63,485 nt of DNA, filler included, from Anaerolineae bacterium (GCA_029262755.1; 8 parts of 8 records of this genome joined end to end with filler, not necessarily neighbours in it); one strand, 5' to 3'. Positions 1-10,319 are shown, counted from the first letter of the whole stretch. Translations and numbers: made by a program. The notes: generated by a model from the sequence alone, not told the origin.

Positions 1-155
1 CACGCCGCAGCGCACTCCTCGCAGCCGGCCACGTGGGCCGCCAGTCCGGGATCCGTCGAAGGAACACCCCCGCCGGTATCGATCGGCGTCGCGCCGTTCA
101 TCATCGCGACCCGTGCCTCGTCGCAGCTCCACGTTCGATCGCGTTCGTTTGTCAT
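1..155 (-). CDS. zinc-binding anti-sigma factor (zf-HC2/ZAS), N-terminal part; runs off the window
   Basis: Hand translation: MTNERDRTWSCDEARVAMMNG...DPGLAAHVAGCEECAAA, with an HxxxCxxC motif. ATGA overlap with the sigma stop. Paralogous to the N-terminus of 1017-4022. Not in the ORF track. Confidence 0.85.
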   Translation of the reverse strand, partial: MTNERDRTWSCDEARVAMMNGATPIDTGGGVPSTDPGLAAHVAGCEECAAA

Positions 156-706
156 GCCGCACCTCCTTCGAGTCGGGCCTGGAAGCGGACGCAGGCCCGT
201 TGCCATCGTTTGCTGGCCGCCGAGACGCTGATGCCGAGCGTTTCCGCCGCCTCTTCCGCGGTCAGGCCCTCGACGCCCACCAGCAGGAGGATCTGACGAT
301 CCTCGGTGGGCAATTGCGTGAGGGCGCGTCGCACGCGCAGCGATTCCTGGCTGCGTGTCGCCATGTCCAGATCCGCGCCGGCGCTATCGAGCGCGGTCTC
401 CTCGAGCGGACGGTGGGCGTGTCGAGCACGGCGAACGCGGTGCGAGCGCGCGGTATTGGCCGCGATCGCGAAGAGCCACGCTCGGGCGCGATCGGAATCA
501 CGCAGCCCGTCCAGGCCGCGCCAGGCGCGCAGGAATACCTCCTGCGACACGTCTTCGGCGGACGCGGCGTCGCCGAGCATTCCTGCGAGGAAGGCGTGCA
601 CGGCCCGACCGTGCTCGCGCACGAGCGCGTCGTATTGCCTGCGTCGCGTGATTGCTGCGGGGGCGGAATCCATCGTCAGAGCCTTGGTTGCTGCCGATAT
701 AGACAT
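152..706 (-). CDS. ECF sigma-70 factor (copy 1)
   Basis: AEDVSQEVFLRAW, AWLFAIAANTAR and a region-4 HTH (LTAEEAAETLGIS). GAAGGAGG RBS before ATG 706. Confidence 0.93.
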   Translation of the reverse strand: MSISAATKALTMDSAPAAITRRRQYDALVREHGRAVHAFLAGMLGDAASAEDVSQEVFLRAWRGLDGLRDSDRARAWLFAIAANTARSHRVRRARHAHRPLEETALDSAGADLDMATRSQESLRVRRALTQLPTEDRQILLLVGVEGLTAEEAAETLGISVSAASKRWQRACVRFQARLEGGAA

Positions 707-748
707 GAGTCCTCCTTCGCGAGCAGGCCGGTGGCCCGCTTCACTCAA

Positions 749-778
749 GGAGACTCATGAGGGGTGATTATCTGGACA
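749..778 (-). promoter_or_regulatory. putative ECF autoregulatory promoter TGTC-N20-GTCTCC
   Basis: The same motif, spacing and 42-nt distance to the ATG occur at 4610-4639. Confidence 0.6.
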
Positions 779-1016
779 TGGAGTGTGCGCGCTTCGAGTG
801 TGCGCGCGAAGGGCAATCGTCTGCCAAGTCAGTCGGAAAGAACAGCGGTCGATCCACCAGGGATCGACCGCTGTTCGCTTCACGTGCGCTTGCCGCGATT
901 TTGGGAGCTACGGCTGCGTCGTATCCAATCACGTTCTCTGTCGTGGTCGAACTCAGGCGGATCCACGGTGATCGAAATGGGAGCTCCACGGCTGATCGCA
1001 TGCTTCGGAGCGCATC

Positions 1017-4000
1017 CTAGGGGACCCGCTCAAGTTTCCGAGACTCCACGACGGTGGTCCGTGTGTCCAAGGGGCCCATCCAGGCCTTCGAGGGTTTCTC
1101 GAGCGGGCTAGGCGTGCCGCGCGGCCCATCTTCTTGACCTACCGGCAGCTCGATCTCAATGACCTCCCGCTCGACGTGGCCCTCCGCCGTTTGTCGGATG
1201 AATTCCACGGCGAGACCGCCCTCGGGCCATTGGGTATCACCGTTCTCGCGATCGCGTTCGGCACGTCGCTCATGCCATGCGGACCACGGGATCGGAATCA
1301 ACGCGCGGCCCCTGGCATCGGTCTTGGCCGCATACCATGGCTGCTCGTCCAACGGCAATCCACCCGAACGCGTCCGTTCCGTCCAGACCCGAATCTCTCC
1401 GCCCTCGATGGGACTCCCGTTGTAGGGATGTTTCATCTCCGCCCAGAGCAACCAGGTTCCTGGCGGAGGCGCCAAGACATCTTCCAGAACATCTACCTGA
1501 ACTTCGACCCAGCTTAGCCGGTCTAGCGGCGGATCGATCGGCAGCCCGTGCCGTGCTCTCGTAGCAATGCCGTCCACTTCGATGTTCGGCAAGCGAAAGG
1601 TATCGGTCACACCAGCGGCCTCCGCGATTTCGGCGGGCAGGTTTATGAACGGCGGATAGACGCGCAGCGCAGCCAGGGAGAATCCCTCGGCCGGCTGCCC
1701 GACCGTCTCGGCCGTCACCCGAATATCTTTGACGACCGGCCCAGCCCACAACCTGGCATGCTCCGCTTCCGCGATCGCGGTAGCCGTCGCTTGGGCCTCC
1801 GCCGCCGGGTTGGACCGACGTTCTACACGCGTCCCGTCCGCGGTCAGCCGGAGGCGGGGGCGGGCCAACGCTGCATTCATGAACCAACCGCCCGAGCTGC
1901 GATAGATCTCGAACAGCGAAGGATCTCCTCCCCCGTTGGCGTTCAGAAGCGCGTGTGGGTCGTAGCGATAGGGTGCGGATCCTGCGTGGATCTGGACGCC
2001 CGCGCTCAGGGACTGCTCCGAGTCCGGCCGGTCGAAGCCGCTAAGAGCACGGATCCGTTCGCCCATCATTTCGTTCCTTGGGTCGCCCGTTTGGAATCGC
2101 CAAAGCGCATAGCCTTGGGAGTCGGTTCGGGTGGCGGCTAGCTCCAACATGCGCCCATCAATGGAAGCCTCAGGGCGCCATGTTCGCGTAGGCGCAGAGC
2201 CCCATTGCTGTAGTCTCGGATACGCCTCAACGCGGGTAAGGACCAAGGAAATCGGAACGTCCTTTGCAAGACGCCCATCCGCGTCGCGCAATTCGACCAA
2301 CAAGACGGTTTCACCTTCGCGCGCTTCCGCCTCCTTCGGGATGATGTCGAGGGCGACGGAGACGGTCGCAGGCTGTTGGGGAACGGGAATCCCGAGCGCA
2401 TCGAGACGTGGCGCGGCAAGCGTTCGCTGGGTGAAGTGCTGGAGGCCGTCCAGGGACAAGGGGGGTAGCCGAAGCGTTCGTGTGACCATGCCGAAGTCGT
2501 CCTCAACGCGCGTCAGCCGATCGTCGACCGCCGCAAACTCATCGAGTCGCGCGATCATCGCGGCGTCCGTGGGCAGAAGAAGACCCGACGGCGTGATGGT
2601 ATCGTCCCGCAGCATGCTGCCGGCAGGCAACGCGCCTTCCAGCGTGACCGCATAGTCGATCCAGACGGACTCCGGCTGCAAGCCGAAATCCTTATGAGGC
2701 CGTACGAACGCGTAGCGCGTTGCGGGCGCCCCTAGCCATGTTACCGGCGGTGGTTCGGTCGACCATCGGCTTCCCGCCGAGCCAGGTTTCCCAATCGGAA
2801 TGCGCAGCCACTCTTGGGTTCGAAGGGTGTGGCCGGTCAGCACCTTCAGTCGAAAATCGATCGCCAGTTCAAAGAACTCGTCCTCGCCGCGATATCCGTC
2901 CCAGTCCAGCGTATCCAGGTGTTCCGCAAGATCCGCCCACCGCAGCGGGATCAGCGCCTGGCCTGCCGCATCCGTTGTCCCCCCGAGCCAAGGGGGCTGG
3001 GTCAGCGGCGGAAGCCCGTGAAAGACATCCTGTGGCCAAAACGGCTCAGACTCTGGCAAGAGTCCGTGAAACAGATCATTTGGCCACACACCGACCTCCA
3101 CGCCTGCGATGGGATGGCCCGAAGCATCCTTCACTCGCGCTTCGATGAGCCATGTACCCGGCGACACGAGTTCGTCGGGAACGACCTGGATGCTCACCCG
3201 CACGGACGACAGCCCTTCGAGCGGTGGAGTCACGGGCACGTCCACGACATGAAAGCGATCGATCCCCTGCAGATCGATGTCCGGAAGCCGCAAGGAGTTG
3301 GTCACCCCGGCGGATGCCGCGACATCCGCGGGCAAATTGATACGCGCGGGATCAAACCGCACGCCAATGAACGTCGTCCCGGCAGCAGTGGTGCCGGTAA
3401 CGTTCGCCGTGACCTCAATACCCCTCACGCGCCCGTCCGATGGAGCCGCCTCGCCGGCCGAATGCCCCAGATCCGCTATCGGCGTCACTTCACGAGACTC
3501 GCTCTTCGCCGTCGCCTCCCCGAGCGGCTGGACCGCGGTCGAGTCGGGCAGCGTCGCGAACGCGCGCACCAGCGCCAGCACCACACCGGCGAGCGCGCCC
3601 ACGGCCAAGCCCACCTCCAGGCGCCGCGTCCGGCGACCACGACGTCCGGTCGGCGTTCGTGCCGAACCCACCGAGCTCGTCGCTCTCCGACCGGTCCGAT
3701 CCGGCGTCCTCGCCGCCTTCGTCCCGCTCGGGTCGTCCGCCACGTGACGCGCCCTTGCGCCCTCCACGGCACCCCCGGACCCCGCGCGCATTCGGCCCTC
3801 GAAGCGGGCGTCCGGTTGCGACCATGCGACGGCGGCCAGCGCTTCTCGCGTTGCGCGGAGGTCTGCCCAAGCCGCGGCGCAGTCGGTGCAGCCGGCCACG
3901 TGGGCGGCGAGGGCGGCGTCGCGCGGACCGTCGGCCGGGCGCGCCTCGTTCTCTTCGTTGCCATCCAGAATGCGGGCGATCGCGTCGTCGCAGGTGTAGG

Positions 4001-4022
4001 TCGGGGTCGTCTCGTTCGTCAT
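1017..4022 (-). CDS. large (~1000 aa) membrane anti-sigma factor: ZAS domain, one TM helix, three repeated extracytoplasmic domains
   Basis: Starts MTNETTPTYTCDDA; HVAGCTDC motif; TM VGLAVGALAGVVLALV; internal repeats with LRLP.I.L.G and TDA.G.AL. ATGA overlap with the sigma stop. Confidence 0.85.
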   Translation of the reverse strand: MTNETTPTYTCDDAIARILDGNEENEARPADGPRDAALAAHVAGCTDCAAAWADLRATREALAAVAWSQPDARFEGRMRAGSGGAVEGARARHVADDPSGTKAARTPDRTGRRATSSVGSARTPTGRRGRRTRRLEVGLAVGALAGVVLALVRAFATLPDSTAVQPLGEATAKSESREVTPIADLGHSAGEAAPSDGRVRGIEVTANVTGTTAAGTTFIGVRFDPARINLPADVAASAGVTNSLRLPDIDLQGIDRFHVVDVPVTPPLEGLSSVRVSIQVVPDELVSPGTWLIEARVKDASGHPIAGVEVGVWPNDLFHGLLPESEPFWPQDVFHGLPPLTQPPWLGGTTDAAGQALIPLRWADLAEHLDTLDWDGYRGEDEFFELAIDFRLKVLTGHTLRTQEWLRIPIGKPGSAGSRWSTEPPPVTWLGAPATRYAFVRPHKDFGLQPESVWIDYAVTLEGALPAGSMLRDDTITPSGLLLPTDAAMIARLDEFAAVDDRLTRVEDDFGMVTRTLRLPPLSLDGLQHFTQRTLAAPRLDALGIPVPQQPATVSVALDIIPKEAEAREGETVLLVELRDADGRLAKDVPISLVLTRVEAYPRLQQWGSAPTRTWRPEASIDGRMLELAATRTDSQGYALWRFQTGDPRNEMMGERIRALSGFDRPDSEQSLSAGVQIHAGSAPYRYDPHALLNANGGGDPSLFEIYRSSGGWFMNAALARPRLRLTADGTRVERRSNPAAEAQATATAIAEAEHARLWAGPVVKDIRVTAETVGQPAEGFSLAALRVYPPFINLPAEIAEAAGVTDTFRLPNIEVDGIATRARHGLPIDPPLDRLSWVEVQVDVLEDVLAPPPGTWLLWAEMKHPYNGSPIEGGEIRVWTERTRSGGLPLDEQPWYAAKTDARGRALIPIPWSAWHERRAERDRENGDTQWPEGGLAVEFIRQTAEGHVEREVIEIELPVGQEDGPRGTPSPLEKPSKAWMGPLDTRTTVVESRKLERVP

Positions 4023-4567
4023 GCTGCACCTCCCTCGAGCCGTGCTCGAAAGCGAGCGCTTGCCCGCAGCCATCGTTTGCGTGCCGCCGGAATGCTGATC
4101 CCAAGTACCGAGGCGGCTTCCACCGAGGTGAAGCCCTCCAGGCCGACGAGGAGGACGATTTGTCTGTCCTCGAGCGGCAGCGTGGCGAGCGTGCGTTGGA
4201 TGTAGAGGGAGCGGTCGCTGCGTTCGGCTAGACCGTCGTCCGCGTCGTTGCGGTCGGGCGCGGTCTCGTCGAGCGCGCTGTGGGCGTGCCGGGTGCGCCG
4301 CTTGTGGTGCGAGCGCGCCGTGTTGGCCGCAATCGCGAAGAGCCACGAGCGGGCGTGCTCGGCGTCACGCAGGCCGTCCATGCCGCGCCAGGCGCGAAGG
4401 AAGACTTCCTGCGTCGCATCCTCGGCGGACGGTGCGTCGCCGAGCATGCCCTCCAGATAGCGGTGTACCGCCCGTCCGTAGTCGCGAATGAGCGCGTCGA
4501 AGCGCGCACGCTGCTTCGTCGCGGATGGGGCTGCTTCCATGAACACGGCCCTAGCTGTAGTGGCCAT
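4019..4567 (-). CDS. ECF sigma-70 factor (copy 2)
   Basis: AEDATQEVFLRAW, SWLFAIAANTAR; ends ARLEGGAA like copy 1. GGAGG RBS. Confidence 0.93.
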   Translation of the reverse strand: MATTARAVFMEAAPSATKQRARFDALIRDYGRAVHRYLEGMLGDAPSAEDATQEVFLRAWRGMDGLRDAEHARSWLFAIAANTARSHHKRRTRHAHSALDETAPDRNDADDGLAERSDRSLYIQRTLATLPLEDRQIVLLVGLEGFTSVEAASVLGISIPAARKRWLRASARFRARLEGGAA

Positions 4568-4609
4568 CGGTCCTCCCTCCCGAGCGGGTCGGATCCCCGC
4601 GTCGGCAGG

Positions 4610-4639
4610 GGAGACCTCGCGAGAGAGGCAAACGAGACA
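4610..4639 (-). promoter_or_regulatory. putative ECF autoregulatory promoter TGTC-N20-GTCTCC
   Basis: Matches 749-778 in motif and spacing. Confidence 0.6.
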
Positions 4640-4881
4640 CCGATTGTGCCGTGCGTGCGGGTCGGGCGCGATGACGGGGTCCGGAGGAGAGAGACACGTG
4701 TCATCCACGAGAGGTCTAGGCGTCGCGGGAAGCCAAAGCTCCGGTTCGCGACGGACCTAGGCGTCACAGCCTGCCATCGCCCTCCTTACGCGAGAACAGC
4801 GCGCCAGTCATCGCTCTTCGCGAAGACCTTGAGGATCTCGTTGCGGCGCAGCAGGAAAAAGGCGCATGTTGCTTCCCACCG

Positions 4882-5892
4882 CTACCCGCCGCGCGCCCCC
4901 AGCAGGACGATCGGCCCAGTCGGCGTTTCGCTGCCGCCGTCCGGTTCGATGCTCACGCCGACCGCCTCGAAGGACGATAGATCGGCACCGGGAGGCAACG
5001 GGACGACGGCCTTGCCGTCGGCGGCGACGCGGAAGGTGCCGGCGCTCACAGGCGTTTCGCCCTCGATCAGCCAGAGCTGGTAGACCTGCTCGCGGGAGAG
5101 GCCGGGCAGGCGGTCGACGACGAGCACGGCGGCGCCGCGGTCGGCCGCGGCCACCAGGCGGGCGCCGGTACGGATGCCGCCCTCCGTGTCGGCCAGCACG
5201 ATCTCCTCGCTGCCGGGAAGGCGCAGCCCGGCGGCCAGCTCGCGCTCGAGCTGTGCGCGCTCCGCAGCGACGGCAAGCGCGCTGTCGAGCGCCACCGCGG
5301 TAGCGCGGGCGTCGTCACGTTCGGCCGTAAGGCGGTCGTTGCGATCGTTCAGGCGGCCCACCTCGCCGATCGCGAGCCCTGCGGCGACGAGGGATGCGGT
5401 CAGCAGCGCGCCGCCGAACACGCGCGTCCACGACCAGGCGGGGCGCAGGGAGCGGTGGTCGCCATCGGGAGACGATCGGCGGCGCGAGTCCCCGGGGCGC
5501 CGGCTGCCGGCCGGGTCGTCTGGCATCCGCGTGGAGATCGGGGCTTTCGGCATCGTGGTCGATGCATCCTGCACGCCCTGACCGGATATCGCGGAATCGC
5601 GAGTTCCGGCGGAAACCACCTGCGGCTCGACCGCGATGCGGCGCAAGAACGCACTGCGCGTCGCGGGCGACGGGTCTTGCGGCGGCGCGGCGTAGGGCAG
5701 CGCGTCCACCGAGCGGCGCAACTGCGCGAGTTCCGCGCGGCCGGCGGGGTCATCGGCGAGCCAGGCGGCCACACGCGCGTGCTCGTCCGGCGCGAGGGCG
5801 TCCATCGCGTAGAGCGCGAGGAGGTCGCGTGGCTCGGGCGAGTCTTCCGACGCGGGGCTAGGCTCGAAAGTCGACGGAGGCGGGATCGTCAT
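4882..5892 (-). CDS. anti-sigma factor, RskA family
   Basis: N-terminal LLALYAMDALAPDE, a TM helix, and C-terminal QVYQLWLI...PVSAG...VSIEPDGGSETPTGP typical of RskA_C. Confidence 0.9.
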   Translation of the reverse strand: MTIPPPSTFEPSPASEDSPEPRDLLALYAMDALAPDEHARVAAWLADDPAGRAELAQLRRSVDALPYAAPPQDPSPATRSAFLRRIAVEPQVVSAGTRDSAISGQGVQDASTTMPKAPISTRMPDDPAGSRRPGDSRRRSSPDGDHRSLRPAWSWTRVFGGALLTASLVAAGLAIGEVGRLNDRNDRLTAERDDARATAVALDSALAVAAERAQLERELAAGLRLPGSEEIVLADTEGGIRTGARLVAAADRGAAVLVVDRLPGLSREQVYQLWLIEGETPVSAGTFRVAADGKAVVPLPPGADLSSFEAVGVSIEPDGGSETPTGPIVLLGARGG

Positions 5893-6644
5893 ACCATCGC
5901 CCCCGCCGGTAGTTCGTCCGATAGGGCGGAGCGCAGCTTTTCGAGGCCGAGGCGGGCGCGGGTGTGGACGGTACCAAGCGGCATGCCCGTGGTCTCCGCG
6001 ATCTCCTTGCGCGTCAGGCCGTCGAAGTAGGCAAGCGTGACAACGGCGCGTTGCTCGTCCGGCAGGACGTCGAGCGCCGAGCGTACCCGTGCGTGGCGGA
6101 TGCGCTCCCACGCGGTTTCGGAGACGTCGGCATCGGGATCGATCTCTACGGCGCGCACGGATTCCGGCGGTAGAGCTTCGGGGCCGAGGGGGCGCGAACC
6201 GCGGCGACGGCGCGCGTCGAGGCCCGCGTTGCGAGCGATCGCGAAGAGCCAACCCGAGACGCTGCCCAGCTCCGGACGGTAGGCGGCGGCGCCCTTCCAG
6301 ACGCGTACAAAGGCCTCTTGCATGATCTCTTCGGCCACGCCGCGATCCCCGCCCACGACCGGCACGAGCATGCCGAGGACCGATCGAGCGTAGCGGTCGT
6401 ACAGATCGGCCATGGCCGACTGGTCGCCACGCGCAACGCGGGAGAGAAGGGCGCCATCCGGCTCCGAGCCACGTGCGCCGGGCGGGAGAGAGCCGGGGCC
6501 GCCGGCGGCGGTTGCGGCACGCCCGGCACCAGCGGCTGCCGCATCGCCCGAAAGGCCGGCCATTCGTGCGATCGTGGCCTTGAGCACGGCCGCGAAGGCT
6601 GCGAAGAGGGCGTCCGAGATGCGTGTGGTGACGGCGATCAACAT
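5889..6644 (-). CDS. ECF sigma factor, SigK-like (start uncertain)
   Basis: GDQSAMADLYDRY, AEEIMQEAFVRVW, LAYFDGLTRKEIA, PLGTVHTRARLGL. Overlaps the RskA-like gene. Confidence 0.9.
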   Translation of the reverse strand: MLIAVTTRISDALFAAFAAVLKATIARMAGLSGDAAAAGAGRAATAAGGPGSLPPGARGSEPDGALLSRVARGDQSAMADLYDRYARSVLGMLVPVVGGDRGVAEEIMQEAFVRVWKGAAAYRPELGSVSGWLFAIARNAGLDARRRRGSRPLGPEALPPESVRAVEIDPDADVSETAWERIRHARVRSALDVLPDEQRAVVTLAYFDGLTRKEIAETTGMPLGTVHTRARLGLEKLRSALSDELPAGAMV

Positions 6645-6984
6645 GTGCGGACCTTGGCTGGCTGGAACTGGGAGAGCGTGGCGTAGCGTATCACGCGTAG
6701 TGGTCGTAGGTGAGTCGCAGCGGGGGGACCGGCGGGCGATGAGTGAAGGCGTTGGGGGAGAGCTATTCGTGAAGCTTCGGGTCCAGCGTGCGTCACGTGA
6801 CGTCAGCGATTGCACGAGACGCCGGGGGGAGCGAGCAGGGAGGAACGCGCCCGCTACCCCGGCGTCACGGACCGGGTACCCGCAAGCCTTCCGGCCTGCG
6901 AGCACCCGGCCGGCGGAGGGTCGCCCAACGCGGACGCGCGAACTCTGCGTATCCAACGCCGGGCGACTCCAGCCGCGTCAGCCC

Positions 6985-8457
6985 CTAGGGGTTGGCGTGG
7001 AAGCGGTTGCGCCCGTCCGCGGGCGTGGCCAGGAAGGGGAAGCTGTCGGTGAGCGCAGCGTCGTCGACGTTGACGCCGTCGCCGGCCAGGCCCGCCACGT
7101 AGTTGGAGCCGCCGATGACGCGGACCGCGATGTCGGTCACGTCGTCGATCGGGCGACGGCCGTTGGGCCACGCGGCGGCGTCCGGTGTGCTGTTGCCCGC
7201 GGCGTCATGCGCCAACGGGCCCATGCGCTGCTGGTCGTCCAAGGGTGTCGGCGGCACGCGCAGGTCCAGGCGAAGCAGCTCGGATGGGCGGCCGACGCCC
7301 GGCTGGTAGTAGAGCAGGAGGTCCACCAAGTCCTGGCGGTTGGCCTTGTCGGCCGGCACGCCGTAGACCAGCTCGAGCGCCAGCGCCAGGCGCGGGTTGC
7401 GGTAGTAGTCCTCGAAGGCGAACTCAAAGACCGGGTCCGCGGCGTTCCACTTGTCCTTGTCCGCCGTGCCGATGACCGCTTCGTTGATCAGCGGGTTCGC
7501 CAAACGCTGGACCTGGATGTAGCGCCCGTTGTGCTTGGGAGGCGTGTAGGTCTGGTTCGGCCGCGCGTTCTGGCTCAGAACGCGCGTCGTCGAGCGGGAC
7601 GTGCTGGCGAAGGAGCCGAGGACGGGGAAGCTCGTCTCGTTGATGAGGGACTTGTCGCGCGTCAGCAGGCGGGCGGGCACCTCGAGAGCGATCGTGTGGA
7701 CGTTGAAGCCGCTGAGCATGTCCGTGCCGAAGGGGTTCGTGGTGTCGTCCGCGTCTTCCGCCGTGGTGAGCAGCGGCGGGTCGCGACGCAGGTTGAGCGT
7801 ATCAAAGACGCCGCCGAGGTCGATGTAGAAGGGGTCCTGGCGCTGCCCGGCGAAGGAGCGAATGATGCCCTTGTCCACCACGGCCTGCGCGGCGAGAGCC
7901 TCGTAGTCCGGCATCGTACGCGGGCCGACGTTCGGCGGGGCGACCGGCACGCCCGTGGCCAGCTGCGTGGTCTTGCCGCGGCGGTGCATCAGCAGCGTGT
8001 AGGTCTGGCGCAGGCCGAGCCCTTCGCTGCCGGGGCCGTCCAATGCCGTGATCGGCGGTAGGGCGACGAAGCCGAGGAAGAGGCCGGCGTCGCGGACGAT
8101 GCCCGTCAGCTCCGTCTCGAAGATGAACTCGAAGACCACGTCGTGCGCTAGGCCGTCCTGGTCGTTGTCGACGTTGATCCGGTAGCTGACGCTCGGGTCG
8201 AAGCCGTAGTAGTTGGGGCCGGCACTCGGCTCCTCGTTCGGCACGACGTTCATGATGAATACGACGTTCTCTTCTTGGCCGTCCTCATAGGAGCGGAAGG
8301 CGAAGAAGTCCGTGATGTCGGCGTAGGGGTCCATCGCGATCAGCGGTGCTTCGCGGTGGCTGGCCGCCTCGGCGGACGGCGCGATGCCGGCGGTGGCTAC
8401 GGCGAAGGCGACGGCGAGCATCGCCAACGATCGGGTCAAGAGGGTGATGGGACGCAT
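6985..8457 (-). CDS. DUF4331 family secreted protein
   Basis: Signal peptide then ASHREAPLI; FAGQRQDPFYIDL; WPNGRRPIDDV. AAGGAG RBS. Confidence 0.88.
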   Translation of the reverse strand: MRPITLLTRSLAMLAVAFAVATAGIAPSAEAASHREAPLIAMDPYADITDFFAFRSYEDGQEENVVFIMNVVPNEEPSAGPNYYGFDPSVSYRINVDNDQDGLAHDVVFEFIFETELTGIVRDAGLFLGFVALPPITALDGPGSEGLGLRQTYTLLMHRRGKTTQLATGVPVAPPNVGPRTMPDYEALAAQAVVDKGIIRSFAGQRQDPFYIDLGGVFDTLNLRRDPPLLTTAEDADDTTNPFGTDMLSGFNVHTIALEVPARLLTRDKSLINETSFPVLGSFASTSRSTTRVLSQNARPNQTYTPPKHNGRYIQVQRLANPLINEAVIGTADKDKWNAADPVFEFAFEDYYRNPRLALALELVYGVPADKANRQDLVDLLLYYQPGVGRPSELLRLDLRVPPTPLDDQQRMGPLAHDAAGNSTPDAAAWPNGRRPIDDVTDIAVRVIGGSNYVAGLAGDGVNVDDAALTDSFPFLATPADGRNRFHANP

Positions 8458-8589
8458 GGTGCGGTTCTCCTTGGGGCTTGGGTTCAGGCGCGGATCCGCG
8501 GTGGGAGCCGGCATGGGATTCGGGTTGGGAGCCGGGGTCGGAGTGCTGCTGGGTGCCCAGGCGAGGTGGAACGACGATCGGCGGCGCAT

Positions 8590-10182
8590 TTAGCGCCCCT
8601 TCGTCGCGAAGGACAGGAAGTTGCGCCAGATCGCGCTGTGGCCGTGCTCCTGGCCCTGGTGCGGCGGCGCGACGTAGGGGAACTGCTCCAGGTAGGGTCG
8701 GTCGTTGGCAGACACGCCGTCATCCAACACGCTGATCAGGCCGGCGTTGAAGTCGAAGCCCTCCGCGGTCAGCACCGGGTACGCGGCACCGGCAACCGCC
8801 AGCAGGGCGATGTCCGTCACGTCGTCGGCCAGACGCCGGCCGTTCGGGAAGCCGCACACGTCGCCGCCGAGCACGCCTAGCGCGTAGTTGGGCGGGCCGC
8901 AAAGCGTGTCCTTCACGCCGGGGCGGAAGGCCGGCGCGGTGTTGATGCGCAGCATCTCGGCCGGGCGTACGTTGGCCGGTTGGTTGACGTTGGTGCCCGC
9001 GGGCACGGTCACCGGACCGCCGGGGGTCTGAATCTCGAAGGGCTGCGCGGTCTGCATGCCGGTCAGGAAGATCGACACCAGATCGGTGCGCGGGCCGGCC
9101 GGTGCGGGCACGCCGTACAGCGCGCCGAGCAGGGTGCCAAGCTCCGGGGTCAGGACGCTTTGCGCCAGCAACTTGCCGGCGGGCTCATCCGAGGTGAAGA
9201 GAGCGAGGTCCGTGGTCGGCGGGATCGCGTTGAAGGCGTCCTTCAAGGCACGCGGCAGCACGACCTCGTTGGTCAGCGGCATGCCGAGGCGCGATACCTG
9301 CACCCAAGGGCCGGAGCTCTCGGGCGTTGCGAAGGTGCCGAGCGTCGTCGTGGCCTGGCGGCTCGACGTGGCCCAGATGCCAAGGACCGTCTCGTCGCCC
9401 ATGGTCAGATGGTCGATGGGGATCTGCAGCGCCACGCCGTGCACGTTGTAGCCGGCGAGGCTGTCCACGCCGGGCGTCCGCGGGCCGTAGCCGATCGGCG
9501 CCGCCTGGTTGCGCAGGGAGAGCAGGTCGAAGATCGAGCCGAGATCGACGAAGAAGGGGTCTTCGCGCGGGCCGGCGAAGGCGCGCATGGCGCCGCCGTC
9601 CATCGGGATATCGCGCACGGCGCTCTCCGCGAGCGCAACGTAGTTCGGCGTCGACTTGCTGCCGATGTTGGCCGGCGCCACGGGCAGATCGCTGCCGAGG
9701 ACGGTCGTCATCGGCATGAAGCCGGAGCGCACCTCGCTCAACGTGTAGGTCTGGCGCACGTTGAGATCGGGGTCGTCCAGAGACGTGACCGGGCCCGTGT
9801 TGTAGAGGAACGTGGCCGGGTTCATGGTCTGCGTCTCGAAGCGCAGGCGGTAGGTGATGTCCGGCGCCGCGTCGCCGTTGTTGTCGACGTGGATCTCGTA
9901 GCGCACGTCGTCGGCGAAGCGGTGGAAGTTCGGGCCGCCGTCCGCGTGCTGGAAGGGGTACCAGTTGGCGATGATCGTCAGGCTGTCCGGCTGATCGGGG
10001 CTGACGAAGGCATACAAGTCCGTCGTGTCGGCCGCGGGGTCCATCGCAATCAACGGTGCCTCGCGGTGGCTGGAGGCGTTCGCGGCGGGCGCGAAGGCCA
10101 GCGGCGCGACAAGGGCGGCCGCCGTCAGCGCTGCGACGAAGGTCGCGCGCATCCGGCGGGGGAGGGCAATCGGGCTGGTCAT
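8590..10182 (-). CDS. DUF4331 family secreted protein
   Basis: Signal peptide then SSHREAPLI; FAGPREDPFFVDL; GFPNGRRLADDV. AGGAG RBS. Confidence 0.88.
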   Translation of the reverse strand: MTSPIALPRRMRATFVAALTAAALVAPLAFAPAANASSHREAPLIAMDPAADTTDLYAFVSPDQPDSLTIIANWYPFQHADGGPNFHRFADDVRYEIHVDNNGDAAPDITYRLRFETQTMNPATFLYNTGPVTSLDDPDLNVRQTYTLSEVRSGFMPMTTVLGSDLPVAPANIGSKSTPNYVALAESAVRDIPMDGGAMRAFAGPREDPFFVDLGSIFDLLSLRNQAAPIGYGPRTPGVDSLAGYNVHGVALQIPIDHLTMGDETVLGIWATSSRQATTTLGTFATPESSGPWVQVSRLGMPLTNEVVLPRALKDAFNAIPPTTDLALFTSDEPAGKLLAQSVLTPELGTLLGALYGVPAPAGPRTDLVSIFLTGMQTAQPFEIQTPGGPVTVPAGTNVNQPANVRPAEMLRINTAPAFRPGVKDTLCGPPNYALGVLGGDVCGFPNGRRLADDVTDIALLAVAGAAYPVLTAEGFDFNAGLISVLDDGVSANDRPYLEQFPYVAPPHQGQEHGHSAIWRNFLSFATKGR

Positions 10183-10319
10183 GGGCATGCTCCTAGGTGT
10201 GCTTGCGTGGCTCGCAGTTCGAGCCGCGCGAAGAGGTGTGCTGCTGGGGTGCTGAGATCGCGCCACGGAGGTGCGACGCGGGATGGAAGGGAGGAGGTCG
10301 TCGTGGGAAGCGCGGACCA

